In this document: positions 50,836-61,500 of the stretch, piece by piece
Layout of the letters: every line of letters begins with the position of its first letter
Position numbering within the stretch: position 1 is the first letter of the stretch
Assembly (NCBI GenBank): GCA_963708075.1
Contig: OY970194.1
Location: 1,056,001 to 1,120,000, forward strand
Length of the DNA: 64,000 nucleotides
Source of the DNA: Sedimentisphaerales bacterium
Lineage (GTDB): Bacteria > Planctomycetota > Phycisphaerae > Sedimentisphaerales > Anaerobacaceae
Reading direction: 5' to 3'
The notes under the pieces: model-generated
Databases searched by the model: none
What the model saw: the letters and a program-made list of their open reading frames with translations, nothing else
Told to the model about the DNA's origin: nothing
Program-made: the position numbers and the translations under genes

Positions 50836-52998
50836 ATGAGAACACACGTATCTGCGTCTCGCGCGTTGTTGCTGGCTCTTTGTGTGCTCGGCGGCTCGGT
50901 GGTCAGCCAGGCGAGCATTGTCGGGCCGTACGCTGTGGACAAGTGGGTGCTGCACATCTGGCATCTCGATGAGCCTGCCGGGAGTACGACGGTGGCGGAT
51001 GACGCCGTGCCGCAGCCCCTGGCGCTGAATGTCACGGGCGCGCCGGTTCTGGCCAGCCCGTCGTTCGCCAAGTTCGGGACATCCATTCAGACGGGCAACG
51101 CCAATTATCTCAGTGGGGGCGTGCTGCCGCTGAACCGGTTCACCTGGTCCGATGGGGCCTTCACGTTTGAGGCGATCATTCGCCCGGATGTTGATCCGCT
51201 GAAGGCTCCCAACAATATGAATATCATCTGCGGCGAGCGTGCGGGCTCGGATCCGAGGTCGTGGCAGTTCCGAATCACCAACGCGGGCCAGTTGCACTTC
51301 ATCCGGCTTCCCAGCAACGGGGCGGTCGAGAACTTCAGCGCTGCACTGCCATCCTCCGGCCCGAACGCGGCGGTGGCGGGGCAGTGGTATCACGTGGCCG
51401 TGACCTATACGGGCGTGCCCGCCCAGCCGGGCAACCTGAAGCTGTTCTGGACGCTGCTCGACGAGAGCCGGACGAAGGCGGCACTGCTGGCGGAATTCAC
51501 GATGAACGTCAGTCTCGGCGGCGAGCCGCTGTTCACGGTCGGCACCAGCGGCCGCAATCCCAATGGCGAGGGATTCCGCGGGCTCATCGACGAGGTCCGC
51601 ATCAGCGGCATCGATCGCTATGCCGATGAAATGCAGTTCTCGGACACGGGGGGCGGACTCGCTCCGAAGTTCACGGTGCAGCCGGCGGACACCCTGGCCG
51701 GGTTCGGCGAATCCATCAAGCTAAAGGCGATCACGTCGGGCACGCTGCCCATCTCCTATCAGTGGCAATTCAATGGTGTCAATTTAGCCGGCGAGGTGAA
51801 CGACGTTCTGACGATTCCGGCGGCGGCATTCGAGCAGGAGGGACGTTACAAGGTCACCGCTACCAATGCGTTCGGCAGCGCCGACAGCAATGAGGCGCAA
51901 CTCACGGTCGGCGCCCTGTTCTCAGAGCTCTTCAATACCGGCCAGGACGTGAATCTCGCGGTCCTGCCCGGTGACTCAAACGACCTGCACTACGGGCTTC
52001 TCGAGAGTCCCGACGTGAACAACCTTGGTCCGAAGGTCAAGGTGTGGAGCGATGCCGGTCCTGTGCCGGTGTTTGTCTGGAACGGTCCGGTTTCGTCGTG
52101 GATCAGTGCGGTCGCGAACGCGGGTATCGTGCCCGGGAAATACGTGTACCGCACGCAGTTCCTGATCGATTCGGCCGATCCATGCACGGCGGCGCTCCAG
52201 GGCACCTGGATGCTGAACACCCGCGGCGACGATATTCTATTGAACGGGCAATCCACGGGAATCACGAACACGTCGGAACTGCCGTACAAGGTCGCCGAGA
52301 GTTTCACGATTGACAAAGGCTTTGTGGCGGGTCTCAACACGTTGGACTTCATTGTGACCAACGCGGGCGACGTGGCGGGCGGGTACGCAGCGTTACGCGT
52401 CGAACTGCGTGGCGTCGGCAAGGCACTGCCGGCAGGCGTGCCGCAGATCGTCACGCAGCCTCAAAGCCGTACGGTTCGCAGCGGGGGCCAGACCTCCCTG
52501 TCGGTGATCGCGTCGGGCCGGCCGCCGCTGTCCTATCAGTGGCTCTTCAACGACAAGCCCATGACGGACCCGAATGCAAGCCTTCGGACACTGCCGTTGA
52601 ATGTCGTCAACGCCGACTCGGCGGGCCGCTACACGGTGGTGGTTACCAACGCATCCGGCTCTGTAACCAGCGAGGCGGTCGTAGTGACGGCTGCCGCGAA
52701 CAACCAGGCCCCTGTGGCGCTGGCTTACAAGGCCACAACGGTCCAGGATCAGCCGGTGGAGATCCCCATCTCCCGGCTGCGATGGAATATGAGCGACCCG
52801 GATGGCGACCCCACGTACTTCACGGCGGTCGGCGAAACCAGCGATGCGGGCGGGAAGATCGTCGACCTGGGCGGCGCCAGTGTCACGTACACGCCGGCCG
52901 CCGGCTTCGTCGGATCGGACCGGTTCACCTACTCGATCGAGGACGAGATGGGCGGCACAGCCACCGCCGATGTGCAGGTGGAAGTGACGCCGAAGTAA
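50836..52998 (+). CDS. Secreted LamG + Ig-like + cadherin/Big-like multidomain protein
   Basis: Signal peptide; WYHVAVTY...FRGLIDEVRIS; two QP...SYQW...GRY.V..TN Ig units; NQAPVA...SDPDGD...YTP..GFVGSDRFTY. Confidence 0.85.
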   Translation: MRTHVSASRALLLALCVLGGSVVSQASIVGPYAVDKWVLHIWHLDEPAGSTTVADDAVPQPLALNVTGAPVLASPSFAKFGTSIQTGNANYLSGGVLPLNRFTWSDGAFTFEAIIRPDVDPLKAPNNMNIICGERAGSDPRSWQFRITNAGQLHFIRLPSNGAVENFSAALPSSGPNAAVAGQWYHVAVTYTGVPAQPGNLKLFWTLLDESRTKAALLAEFTMNVSLGGEPLFTVGTSGRNPNGEGFRGLIDEVRISGIDRYADEMQFSDTGGGLAPKFTVQPADTLAGFGESIKLKAITSGTLPISYQWQFNGVNLAGEVNDVLTIPAAAFEQEGRYKVTATNAFGSADSNEAQLTVGALFSELFNTGQDVNLAVLPGDSNDLHYGLLESPDVNNLGPKVKVWSDAGPVPVFVWNGPVSSWISAVANAGIVPGKYVYRTQFLIDSADPCTAALQGTWMLNTRGDDILLNGQSTGITNTSELPYKVAESFTIDKGFVAGLNTLDFIVTNAGDVAGGYAALRVELRGVGKALPAGVPQIVTQPQSRTVRSGGQTSLSVIASGRPPLSYQWLFNDKPMTDPNASLRTLPLNVVNADSAGRYTVVVTNASGSVTSEAVVVTAAANNQAPVALAYKATTVQDQPVEIPISRLRWNMSDPDGDPTYFTAVGETSDAGGKIVDLGGASVTYTPAAGFVGSDRFTYSIEDEMGGTATADVQVEVTPK

Positions 52999-53035
52999 CC
53001 CCGGTCGCAAGCCGGTTGACAATTTTGCAGGTAGT

Positions 53036-53071
53036 AAGGGGCCTGTGCGACATCGCGCGGGCCCCTTTCTT
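53036..53071 (+). terminator. Intrinsic terminator
   Basis: AAGGGGCCTGTGCG/CGCGCGGGCCCCTT stem plus TCTT. Confidence 0.65.
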
Positions 53072-53141
53072 GTGGGTGGACAGGGCGTCGCGGGGCGATC
53101 CGGAGGCAGACTCGCCAGATCGCGGCCTCCCCAAATGCAGC

Positions 53142-54675
53142 GTGTGCGACTAATTTTCGTGGGGATCGTATGGCCTGTGGGCAGTTGGACAGCGTATGAT
53201 GAGAATGGAATTATTCAGTCATTCAGTCATACAGCAAGGAAGTACTCATGCACGAGAAGCTCACTGCCTCACAGTTGAAAAAGGCGATGAGGGGAGAGGT
53301 CGATACCTTGATCGAGGACGTGGTCAAGGCCGTCAATCAGGCCCAGGCCGGACGCATCATTGCCGATAGCGAAGAACTCGTTCGCCAGGCCAGTGCGTTG
53401 TTTCGCCAGCGTCTCTATGAGAGAGCCCTTCAATTACGCCAGCAGCACAGTGAGGCGGCTTTTTCCCCCGATGCCCAGCGACGACGGCCCCAGGTACGAG
53501 AGTAAAGGCTGCCGTTCGATTGAGTATCTGACGGTCAATGGTCCTGTTCAGATCCGCCGCCGGGTCTATTGGAATCGCGGCAAGGGCTCCATCACCCCGG
53601 TGGATCAATGGCTGGGCATGAGCCACAGTCGCTACAGCGTGGGGGTTCGCCAGTTATGCTGCCGGGCGGCGGTCGGCAGTGACTTTCGCACCGCCGCCGA
53701 GAATCTGGCCTACGTCGGTCAATTGCACATCAGCCATGAGACGGTCCGCGGCCTTGTCGAGGGTGAGGGCCGGCAAGTCCTGACGCAGCAGCGTTCGGGG
53801 GCTCTGGGCCCCGACTGGGCGGCCGAGGACTGCCGGTCCGGACCGAACAAATCCACCTGCATCATCACCGGAGCCGATGGGGTTAAGGTGCCCTTGGTCA
53901 CCCAGGTGGAGAAAGAGAAACGCCGCAAGCGACGGGCCCGTCGCCGTAAGGGCCAGCCCAAGCGTCGGCCGATGCATCCCGGCAGTGATCTGCCGTACAA
54001 GGAGTTCAAGATCGTGGCGTTCTACGATCCCTCGAAACAGCACCAATATGCCATCGGCACCAGCGGCAATGCCCAGACGCTGGGCCAGTTGATGCGTCAG
54101 CACGCCGGCCAACTCAAGCTGGATCAAGCCGCTCTGGCCTACTCGGTGAGCGACGGGGCCGAGTGGATTCGCAAGCAATACCACCTCCAATTGCCGATGC
54201 TCAAGGCCAACATCCTGGATTACTATCACCTGCGGGACAACGTGATCAAGGCCAGTCAAAGCGTCTATGGCCAAGGCAGTGTGCAAAGCCAGCATTGGCG
54301 TGAGCAGATCTGTGGCTGCTTCTTAGAGCAAGGCCCCGAGCAGGCCCTGGAGCAGATCCAAGCCCTGCGTAAGACGCTTCGAGCCGCCGACAAACGCAAA
54401 GCCCTGGAGCAGTTGATCAAGTTCATTGATGTCCGCCAGGAGATGACGCAGTATCCACAATTCAAAGCGGCCGGCTATGAGATCGGCTCGGGCCCGACAG
54501 AGGCCTTCTGCAAGACGTTGACGGTCCGGCTCAAAGGCCCAGGGATGCGCTGGGACAAACCCAATGCTGAGGCCATGATGGCCCTGGCGTCAGTGCGTTC
54601 CAGCCATCTATGGCATAACTACTGGGACATCCAACGCAAGATACCCGCCTGACCCCACGAAATGTAGTCGCACAC
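53142..54675 (+). mobile_element. ISKra4-like insertion sequence
   Basis: IRs GTGTGCGACTAATTTTCGTGGGG / CCCCACGAAATGTAGTCGCACAC; perfect 8-bp target duplication AATGCAGC (53134-53141, 54676-54683). Confidence 0.92.
53248..54652 (+). CDS. ISKra4-like transposase (two ORFs, probable -1 frameshift at TTTTTCCCCC 53460-53469)
   Basis: ADG, SDGAEWI, ILDYYHL, IGSGPTEAFCK, RLKGPGMRW. Confidence 0.85.
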
Positions 54676-55178
54676 AATGCAGCATGGACTGCATGTTTTT
54701 CTTGCAACAGGGCATGGCAGATTGGTATAAATGAGGGAGGTAGTTCCTGCGATTGTCATTCTTGAAGGCTGGAGTCTGCGATGGCTCAAGACGGCACGGC
54801 AGCACGCGTGTGACGTACGAAGACCGCGTGCCGTGAGGGTACCCCATTTCATACACGTTGTGTCGGTCTGTCGCAACTCATTCACCGACCCCGCTGGGGC
54901 CATTCAAGGAAGGAGGTTGGCTGGGATCTTGAGAGTCTTGCCGTTCTTGCAGAGGCGTGCTCCACACGAGCATCTATCCGCGCTGAGCAACCGGGATTGA
55001 GGGTACTGAGCATGGGACGCGGATGGTGAGGAGTCTCTGGAAACACTGGAGCGGCGTGTGTCTGGCTTATAGTCGGGCAGGATTGGGTGAGGGTGTCGCG
55101 CATGCAAGGCGTGCGGAAATCCTGCGGCCTGTCCCGGAGCCAGGCTGTATCGATTCGAACTGTAAAAGGAGGATTATC

Positions 55179-57098
55179 ATGAGTAGAACACTGTTTTCTC
55201 TTGTATCTGTCCTGTTGCTGTCGGTGGCGAGCACCAGTTACGGCCTCGTCATCGGCGATTTTGAAGCCGGCCTGGATGGCTGGGGCGAGACGTCGGAGAA
55301 GAATGCCACATTCGCCGTGAGCACGGTGGGAGCCGTCACCGGCAGCCAGAGCCTGGCGGTGAAGCTTACCGGCGGCTACTGGAGCGTTCAGTACAACGCG
55401 CCGACTGTGCCCGTGATCGTGCCCGGCATGAAGTTTCAGTTTGAGGTGACCATGGTGCAATCGGAATGGACCAACAACAACTGGACGAAGGTCGCCGATA
55501 AGATTGCCCTCAATGGCGGCGCGAGCGGCTGGAAAGAGTATATCCCCACGGCCGTGGACACGGTCACCGGCGAAGCAGTGGCATCGGACTGGGGTCCCTG
55601 GAATCCCACGGTGACGAAGACGTTCTCCGTGGATATCTCCGATTACGATATGACGGGGGCCACCTGGTTCCAGATCGTTATGGCCCTGCAACAGAATCCG
55701 AACGAAGGCGCGGGCTTCTTCTACATTGACAATGTGCAACTGATCGAGCCTGCCAAGAAGATCGTTTTCGTTTCCTTCCATGGAGCGGATGATGTGGCCT
55801 CGGCCGGTGCCGCCGGCGCCGGCTTCACCACAGCGGCCGACAAAGGGTACACCGATCTGCTGAAGGCCAATGGGTACGACGTGACACGCTTCGTCTCGAC
55901 GAACACTCCCGACGTGAATGTGCTCAATGCGGCGGATCTGGTGATCCTCGGTCGCTCGGTCGGCAGTGCCCAGTATCAGAACGCCTTGGCCGACACGTGG
56001 AACGCCCAGATTACCGCTCCCATGATCATCACGAATGGCTACGTCCTGCGGAAGAGCCGCATGGGCTTCAGCACCGGTAACACCTTACCGGACACCACCG
56101 GGGACATCAAGTTGGTGGTCAGCGACCCGAACCACCCGATTTTCGCGGGAATCGCACTGACCAATGGCACTATGGACAATCCGTATGCCGGCGTGCCCTT
56201 CTATCCCACTGACGCAACAAAAAAGGCGCGGGGCATCTCGGTGAACACCGATCCGGCCAACGCCGCGGGGACAGTCCTGGCCACGATTGCAGCGCCGGCA
56301 GATCCCAATGACCCCAATGATCCCAATGATTCCTTTGATCCTATCAATGGTCCTGTCGGCGGCATCGTGATCGCCGAATGGCCGGCTCGGGCCACACTGA
56401 CGCACGACGGCGGGGCCAAAACGAACATACTGGCTGGTCCTCGGCTGGTGTTCCTGACCGGCAGTCGCGAGGCAGACAAGGTAAACTCAGAAACGGCGGG
56501 TATGTATGATCTGGCCGCAGATGGCGAAAAGATGTTCCTCAACGCTGTCGCGTACATGCTGACACCGAAGACGGTGGTTGTGCCCGTGGTGAACGCCAGC
56601 TTCGAGCTGCCCGGCACCGCGAAGATCAAGGGCTGGAACGGCGAAGGCATTGCCAACACCCCGGCCGTCGATATCCCTGGCTGGGCCAGCGATGCAGGCG
56701 TTGCTGTTGCGGATTCCGGTGTGGAATCGGACACCCGATATCCTGCCACAGACGGCGTGTGGACGGCCTTCATGAAGGGTGCTGATCCCTCCATTTGGCA
56801 GTTGACGGACTTCGTCATTCAGGCGCAGGACGTCTTCGTGCTGAAGGTGGATGCCCGGAGCACTTGGAATTCCAAGACCCTGAAGATGAGCCTGTATTGT
56901 GATGTGGCCGGCATTCGGCTTCCGCTCACTTTCCAGGACGTGGCGTTGACAGACACCATGCAGACGTTCACGCTGGAATTTGCGGCGAAGGACATGCAGG
57001 TTGCCGTAGGCGCAAAGATTGGCATTGAACTCGACAATGTCACTACCGACGGCAATAGCTGGGCTGGTTTGGACAACGTGAGTCTTACCTTGAAGTAA
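55179..57098 (+). CDS. Secreted multidomain protein (carbohydrate-binding-like beta-sandwiches)
   Basis: AGGAGG RBS; signal peptide; IGDFE...FYIDNVQL and NASFE...LDNVSL CBM-like boundaries; DPNDPNDPND tract. Confidence 0.8.
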   Translation: MSRTLFSLVSVLLLSVASTSYGLVIGDFEAGLDGWGETSEKNATFAVSTVGAVTGSQSLAVKLTGGYWSVQYNAPTVPVIVPGMKFQFEVTMVQSEWTNNNWTKVADKIALNGGASGWKEYIPTAVDTVTGEAVASDWGPWNPTVTKTFSVDISDYDMTGATWFQIVMALQQNPNEGAGFFYIDNVQLIEPAKKIVFVSFHGADDVASAGAAGAGFTTAADKGYTDLLKANGYDVTRFVSTNTPDVNVLNAADLVILGRSVGSAQYQNALADTWNAQITAPMIITNGYVLRKSRMGFSTGNTLPDTTGDIKLVVSDPNHPIFAGIALTNGTMDNPYAGVPFYPTDATKKARGISVNTDPANAAGTVLATIAAPADPNDPNDPNDSFDPINGPVGGIVIAEWPARATLTHDGGAKTNILAGPRLVFLTGSREADKVNSETAGMYDLAADGEKMFLNAVAYMLTPKTVVVPVVNASFELPGTAKIKGWNGEGIANTPAVDIPGWASDAGVAVADSGVESDTRYPATDGVWTAFMKGADPSIWQLTDFVIQAQDVFVLKVDARSTWNSKTLKMSLYCDVAGIRLPLTFQDVALTDTMQTFTLEFAAKDMQVAVGAKIGIELDNVTTDGNSWAGLDNVSLTLK

Positions 57099-57125
57099 TC
57101 GAGGCAAGATGCAGAAGCAGTCTCG

Positions 57126-57159
57126 GGCCTGTACTCCTCGTGGGTACAGGCCCTTTTTT
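57126..57159 (+). terminator. Intrinsic terminator
   Basis: GGGCCTGTAC/GTACAGGCCC stem followed by TTTTTT. Confidence 0.85.
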
Positions 57160-57195
57160 GTTGGCAGCGGGGAGAACGATGCTATAATAACACCC

Positions 57196-57981
57196 ATGTC
57201 AAGGGACATGGACGTGGACAAAGCGGTTCGCCAGCAGCTCGAGATGGACGGGTTCTTCACCGGTTTTGCTGTGAAGGGTGGCAGAGAGGCAAAGCCTTGT
57301 GTTGCTGTCGAAGCGGGCAGTTGCACTCCTTTGGAACAGCCTTCACCTGCACAGCCACGGAGCGGCCTTGATCCGGCCGAGGCGGCCAGGGAGCTTGGTG
57401 CGCTGGCCGGCGAGGTTCGGCAATGCCGCTTGTGCGGGCTTGGCGCATCGCGGACGAACGCGGTGCCCGGCGAGGGCAACGCCAGGGCGCGCATCATGTT
57501 CGTCGGCGAGGCCCCGGGGGCGGATGAAGACGCCCAGGGCCGGCCGTTCGTCGGCAGGGCGGGGCAGCTCCTCGACAAGATCGTCGCCGCCTGCGGCCTC
57601 AAGCGGGAGGATGTCTTCATCGGCAACATCCTCAAATGCAGGCCTCCGGAGAACCGTGAGCCCCGGCCGGAGGAGATCATCAACTGCCTGCCCTACCTGC
57701 AGAGGCAGATCGAGGCGATCAACCCGGACGTCATCGTGGCCCTGGGGGCCCATGCGGCCAAGACCCTGCTGAATACGCCGAAATCCATCAGCCATCTGCG
57801 GGGCCAGTTCCACGAGTACTCTGTGGGGATTGGCCGGCCGCCGGTCAAGCTTATGGCCACATTCCATCCCGCCTATCTCCTTCGCAACTACAGCGAGGAG
57901 AACCGCCGCTACGTCTGGGAGGATATGAAAAAGGTCCTCACCGAGCTCGGCCTGCCCGTCCCTGAACGCAGCAAGGGCTGA
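57196..57981 (+). CDS. Uracil-DNA glycosylase, family 4
   Basis: CRLCGL Fe-S motif, VGEAPG..ED..GRPFVG.AG, KCRPP.NR.P, TFHPAYLLR. Confidence 0.94.
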   Translation: MSRDMDVDKAVRQQLEMDGFFTGFAVKGGREAKPCVAVEAGSCTPLEQPSPAQPRSGLDPAEAARELGALAGEVRQCRLCGLGASRTNAVPGEGNARARIMFVGEAPGADEDAQGRPFVGRAGQLLDKIVAACGLKREDVFIGNILKCRPPENREPRPEEIINCLPYLQRQIEAINPDVIVALGAHAAKTLLNTPKSISHLRGQFHEYSVGIGRPPVKLMATFHPAYLLRNYSEENRRYVWEDMKKVLTELGLPVPERSKG

Positions 57982-58369
57982 TCGCTCCGCCGTCGCGGCA
58001 TCATTCCGCCGCGATTTCCCATCGCAAGCGCGGATGGGCCTTGCCCTGGTCAATCCGCCAGATATCCTCTGCGCGGTTGGTCGTCTCACCTGGCCAGTTA
58101 GTTTCTCAGGAGCCGGTTCGCCAACGGGGACCCAGTGTGGGGACATGACCCATGGCCATATCGTTCCCTATCGCCGAAAACGAGCCTATCCTCTTCTGAC
58201 GATACCATGTGAGCCCGGAAGATCCATTGTGCAGAACTGTGTATTTTGGGGACGGATGAGCCGTGTTCTCCAAAAGATTAGCGGCGTTCTTGTCGCAAAT
58301 ATCTTCTCAGGACACACTTTTTCTTAGTAATGGTGGCGGTTTCTGTGCGTCTGATAGGACGGAGTCGCT

Positions 58370-58395
58370 GTAGAGACGCAGAATCTTGCGTCTCC
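58370..58395. repeat. Single REP-like hairpin
   Basis: GTAGAGACGCAGAATCTTGCGTCTCC. Confidence 0.65.
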
Positions 58396-58523
58396 GGCGC
58401 CAGGCATGTAGAAAAAATGTCCGGTTTTGAGTAGAATTGATGTCTTGCAGGTCTCTTGGAGGCAGGGGATCCTCTTGCTGATTCGATTCTCTGCTACGAA
58501 AGCTTCTCGGAAAGGGAGAAAGT

Positions 58524-61500
58524 ATGAAAAAGACTGTGCTGTCAGTCCTCATCGCATCGTGCGTTTTTGCCGTCTCGGCCTCCGCCACCACTCGGAAGGT
58601 CCCCAGCGAGTACCCGAGCATCCAGATGGCCATCCAGGACTGTACCGACGGTGATACGGTCCTCGTGGCGCCGGGTGTGTACTACGAGACGATCAATTTC
58701 GGCGGCAGAGACATCGTCGTGACAGGCACGGACCCGAACGACTCCAAGATTGTAGGGTACACGATCATCGATGCCGACGGGGACGGCTCGACCGTCACGT
58801 TCGAAAACGGCGAGACATCGGCTGCTGTACTGACCGGGTTTACCATCACCGGCGGCTTCGGGACCCTCAACACCACCGTTGAGGGTGGGAACGCCTTCTG
58901 GGGCGGCGGCATCTACTGCATCAACGCCTCGCCGACGATCACCAGGAACATCATCACGCGCAACGAGGGTCCCACCGAAATGGATCTCATGACCGGGCAG
59001 GGCGAAGTCAGCTACGGCGGCGGCATTGCGGCCATCTATTGTGACCCCATCATCACTCACAACATCATCCGGAACAACACCGGCATGATCGGTGGCGGCA
59101 TGATCCTGTACATCGGCGATCCGTTGGTCAGCAACAACATCATCTCCGACAACTCCAGCTATGTCGGCGGCGGTGTGATTCTGCTCGGCGGCACCCTCAT
59201 CAACAATACAATTACCCGCAATGATTGTGATGCGGGCCCGGAGCCGGGCATCGGCGGCAATCTCTACGCCATCTTCGATCCTCAATTCGGACGCTCCCAG
59301 GTCTCCGGGAATATCCTCTCTGATGCTGTCTCCGGCGGCGGCATCCTCTGGCAGGGCGATATGCCGGTGGACCTCTTCAAGTATAACAACGTCTGGAACA
59401 ACGCGACCGGCAACTACCTCAGCATGAATCCCAACACCGGGGAAACACAGTATGACGGCCAGAATGACCGAACCGGCACGATGGGCAATATCAGTGTAGA
59501 TCCTCTCTTCGTCAACCCGATGAACAGGGACTATCACCTGACCTTCGAGTCGCCGTGCATCGATGCGGGCGACCCGCAGTGGGTCTTCGACGAAGGACAG
59601 ATCGACATTGATGGCCAGCCTCGTGTCCATGGCTCGCGAATTGACATCGGGGCCGATGAGTACCTGGGCTACGTCAAGCCCGTGGCGGTCGCCGGCTTCG
59701 ACCAGCACGTCCTTGCGCCTCTCGAAACCATCATGCTCGATGGCTCCCAAAGTCGTTTTTATGATCCCTGCAGCATCCGAACCTTCCGGTGGACGCAGGT
59801 TGAGGGGGCGTCCGTAGCATTGAGCGATCCGAACTCCGCGACGGTGACATTCACGCCGGAGGCGATGGGGGAATACGCCTTCGAGCTGATCGTGGCGGAT
59901 GACCGATATGCCAGCGAGGCGGACCGGGTCGTTGTGCTGGTGGGTGCAAATCAGCCGCCCGTCTCCAGTGCGGGGGCGGACAGGGTTTCGCAGGCGCCGG
60001 GCGTTGCCGTGCTGGATGGGACCGGCTCTTACGATCCCGACGGCGTGGACCGGCTCCGCTATGCCTGGAGGCAGATCGACGGGCCGCCGGTGGAGCTGCG
60101 TGATGCAGAAACGGCGAGGCCGTCCTTCGCCTGCGAGGTCGAAGGGCAGTATGCCTTTGAGCTGGTCGTCAGCGATGGCTTCGTGGACAGTCCGCCCAGC
60201 CGGACGAATACGGTGGCTGTCAGCGTCACCAAGAGCCTGCTGAGCAAGAGCGTCACTCCGACAACCACGCCGGGTATGTCCTATCACCCCGACATCTCCG
60301 GTGGCAGAATAGTGTGCACAACGGGACTGGGCGTGACAACGTGGCAGATCGCCTTCAAGGACCTTGGCACGGGTGTGACCGAGATGTTTACCGGAGGCGG
60401 CATGAACATGCAGCCGAAGGTTGACGGCGACCTGGTGGTCTGGACCGGCGCCTCGTTCACGACCACTTACGGGCCTGTCTGCAGCAGTGTCTTTGTTCGG
60501 AACGTCAGCACCGGTTCTCAGCAGACATTGCGGGCCGGCACCGACACCAGTTCCTTCAGCCATCCGGCGGTCTCCGGCAACAAAGTGGTCTGGGTGGAGC
60601 ACCGCGGGATCGACAGGAACACTCCTGAAAAGTGGTACAATATGCCATACGACATCTGCGGCGCCGATGTCAGCAATCCCCAGAAGCCGCGGTATTTCAC
60701 CATCGCTGTCGCCGCCGGCCGGCGAGATCCGTTCCCGCTCGCCAATCCGACCACCGAACATGATGTTCTCGATATCTGTGACGACATGGTGGTCTGGGAG
60801 GGACAGGGCAATATCTACGCGGCGTTCATACGTGACTTGAATGACATTCAGGTCTATACCGTGTGCGATCACCCGGCCCGCCAGTATGACCCTGCGATCT
60901 CCGATCGATTCGTCGTCTGGACCGATGAGCGAAACGACCAGGGGGATATTTATGGAGCTGATATCTCCGCCCTCTGTGACATCAGGGAGTTTGAAGTGGC
61001 CAAGAGGCCCGGATACCAGCAGCAGCCGACAGTCGACGGAACCCAGATCGTGTACATTACCGGCAGTGGACTTCGTGGCTCGGCAGGACTCGCCTGCAGG
61101 ACTCGCACGTACGGCTTCCTCGACATCGACCTGCCCGAACTCGCGAACGCAACGACACCTGTGCTGGATGGCACGACACTGGTCTGGGTGCAGGCGTCCT
61201 CCGGCTCGATTCAGGGCTACTCCCTCAGCTTCGGCTACTCTATCTTCGATGGCGATGTGCAGAACGCCAGGACGAGCCGGCGGTACGATTACATTCAGCA
61301 CGCCATCAGCGATGCCAACACGGGCGATGAGGTGGTTGCCGGGCAGCGCTCCTATGTGGAACAGATCGACTTCCTCGGCAAGGCGTTGACGGTCCGTTCG
61401 AGCGACCCGACGGACCCGGGGGTCGTCTCCGGCACTGTGATCCAGAACCGGAGCACACTTGTGACCTTTGCCAACAAAGAAGGCGCCGACAGCGTTCTGG

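Noticed and set aside
56300..56345. DPNDPNDPND 9-bp tandem repeat as a phase-variation tract
   Set aside because: In-frame, short and imperfect; looks like a linker
58542..61301. Long antisense ORFs (this 919-aa one, also 946-2364, 6356-7831, 14509-16200, 41526-43154)
   Set aside because: Shadows of real genes on the opposite strand, as expected in high-GC DNA; no motifs
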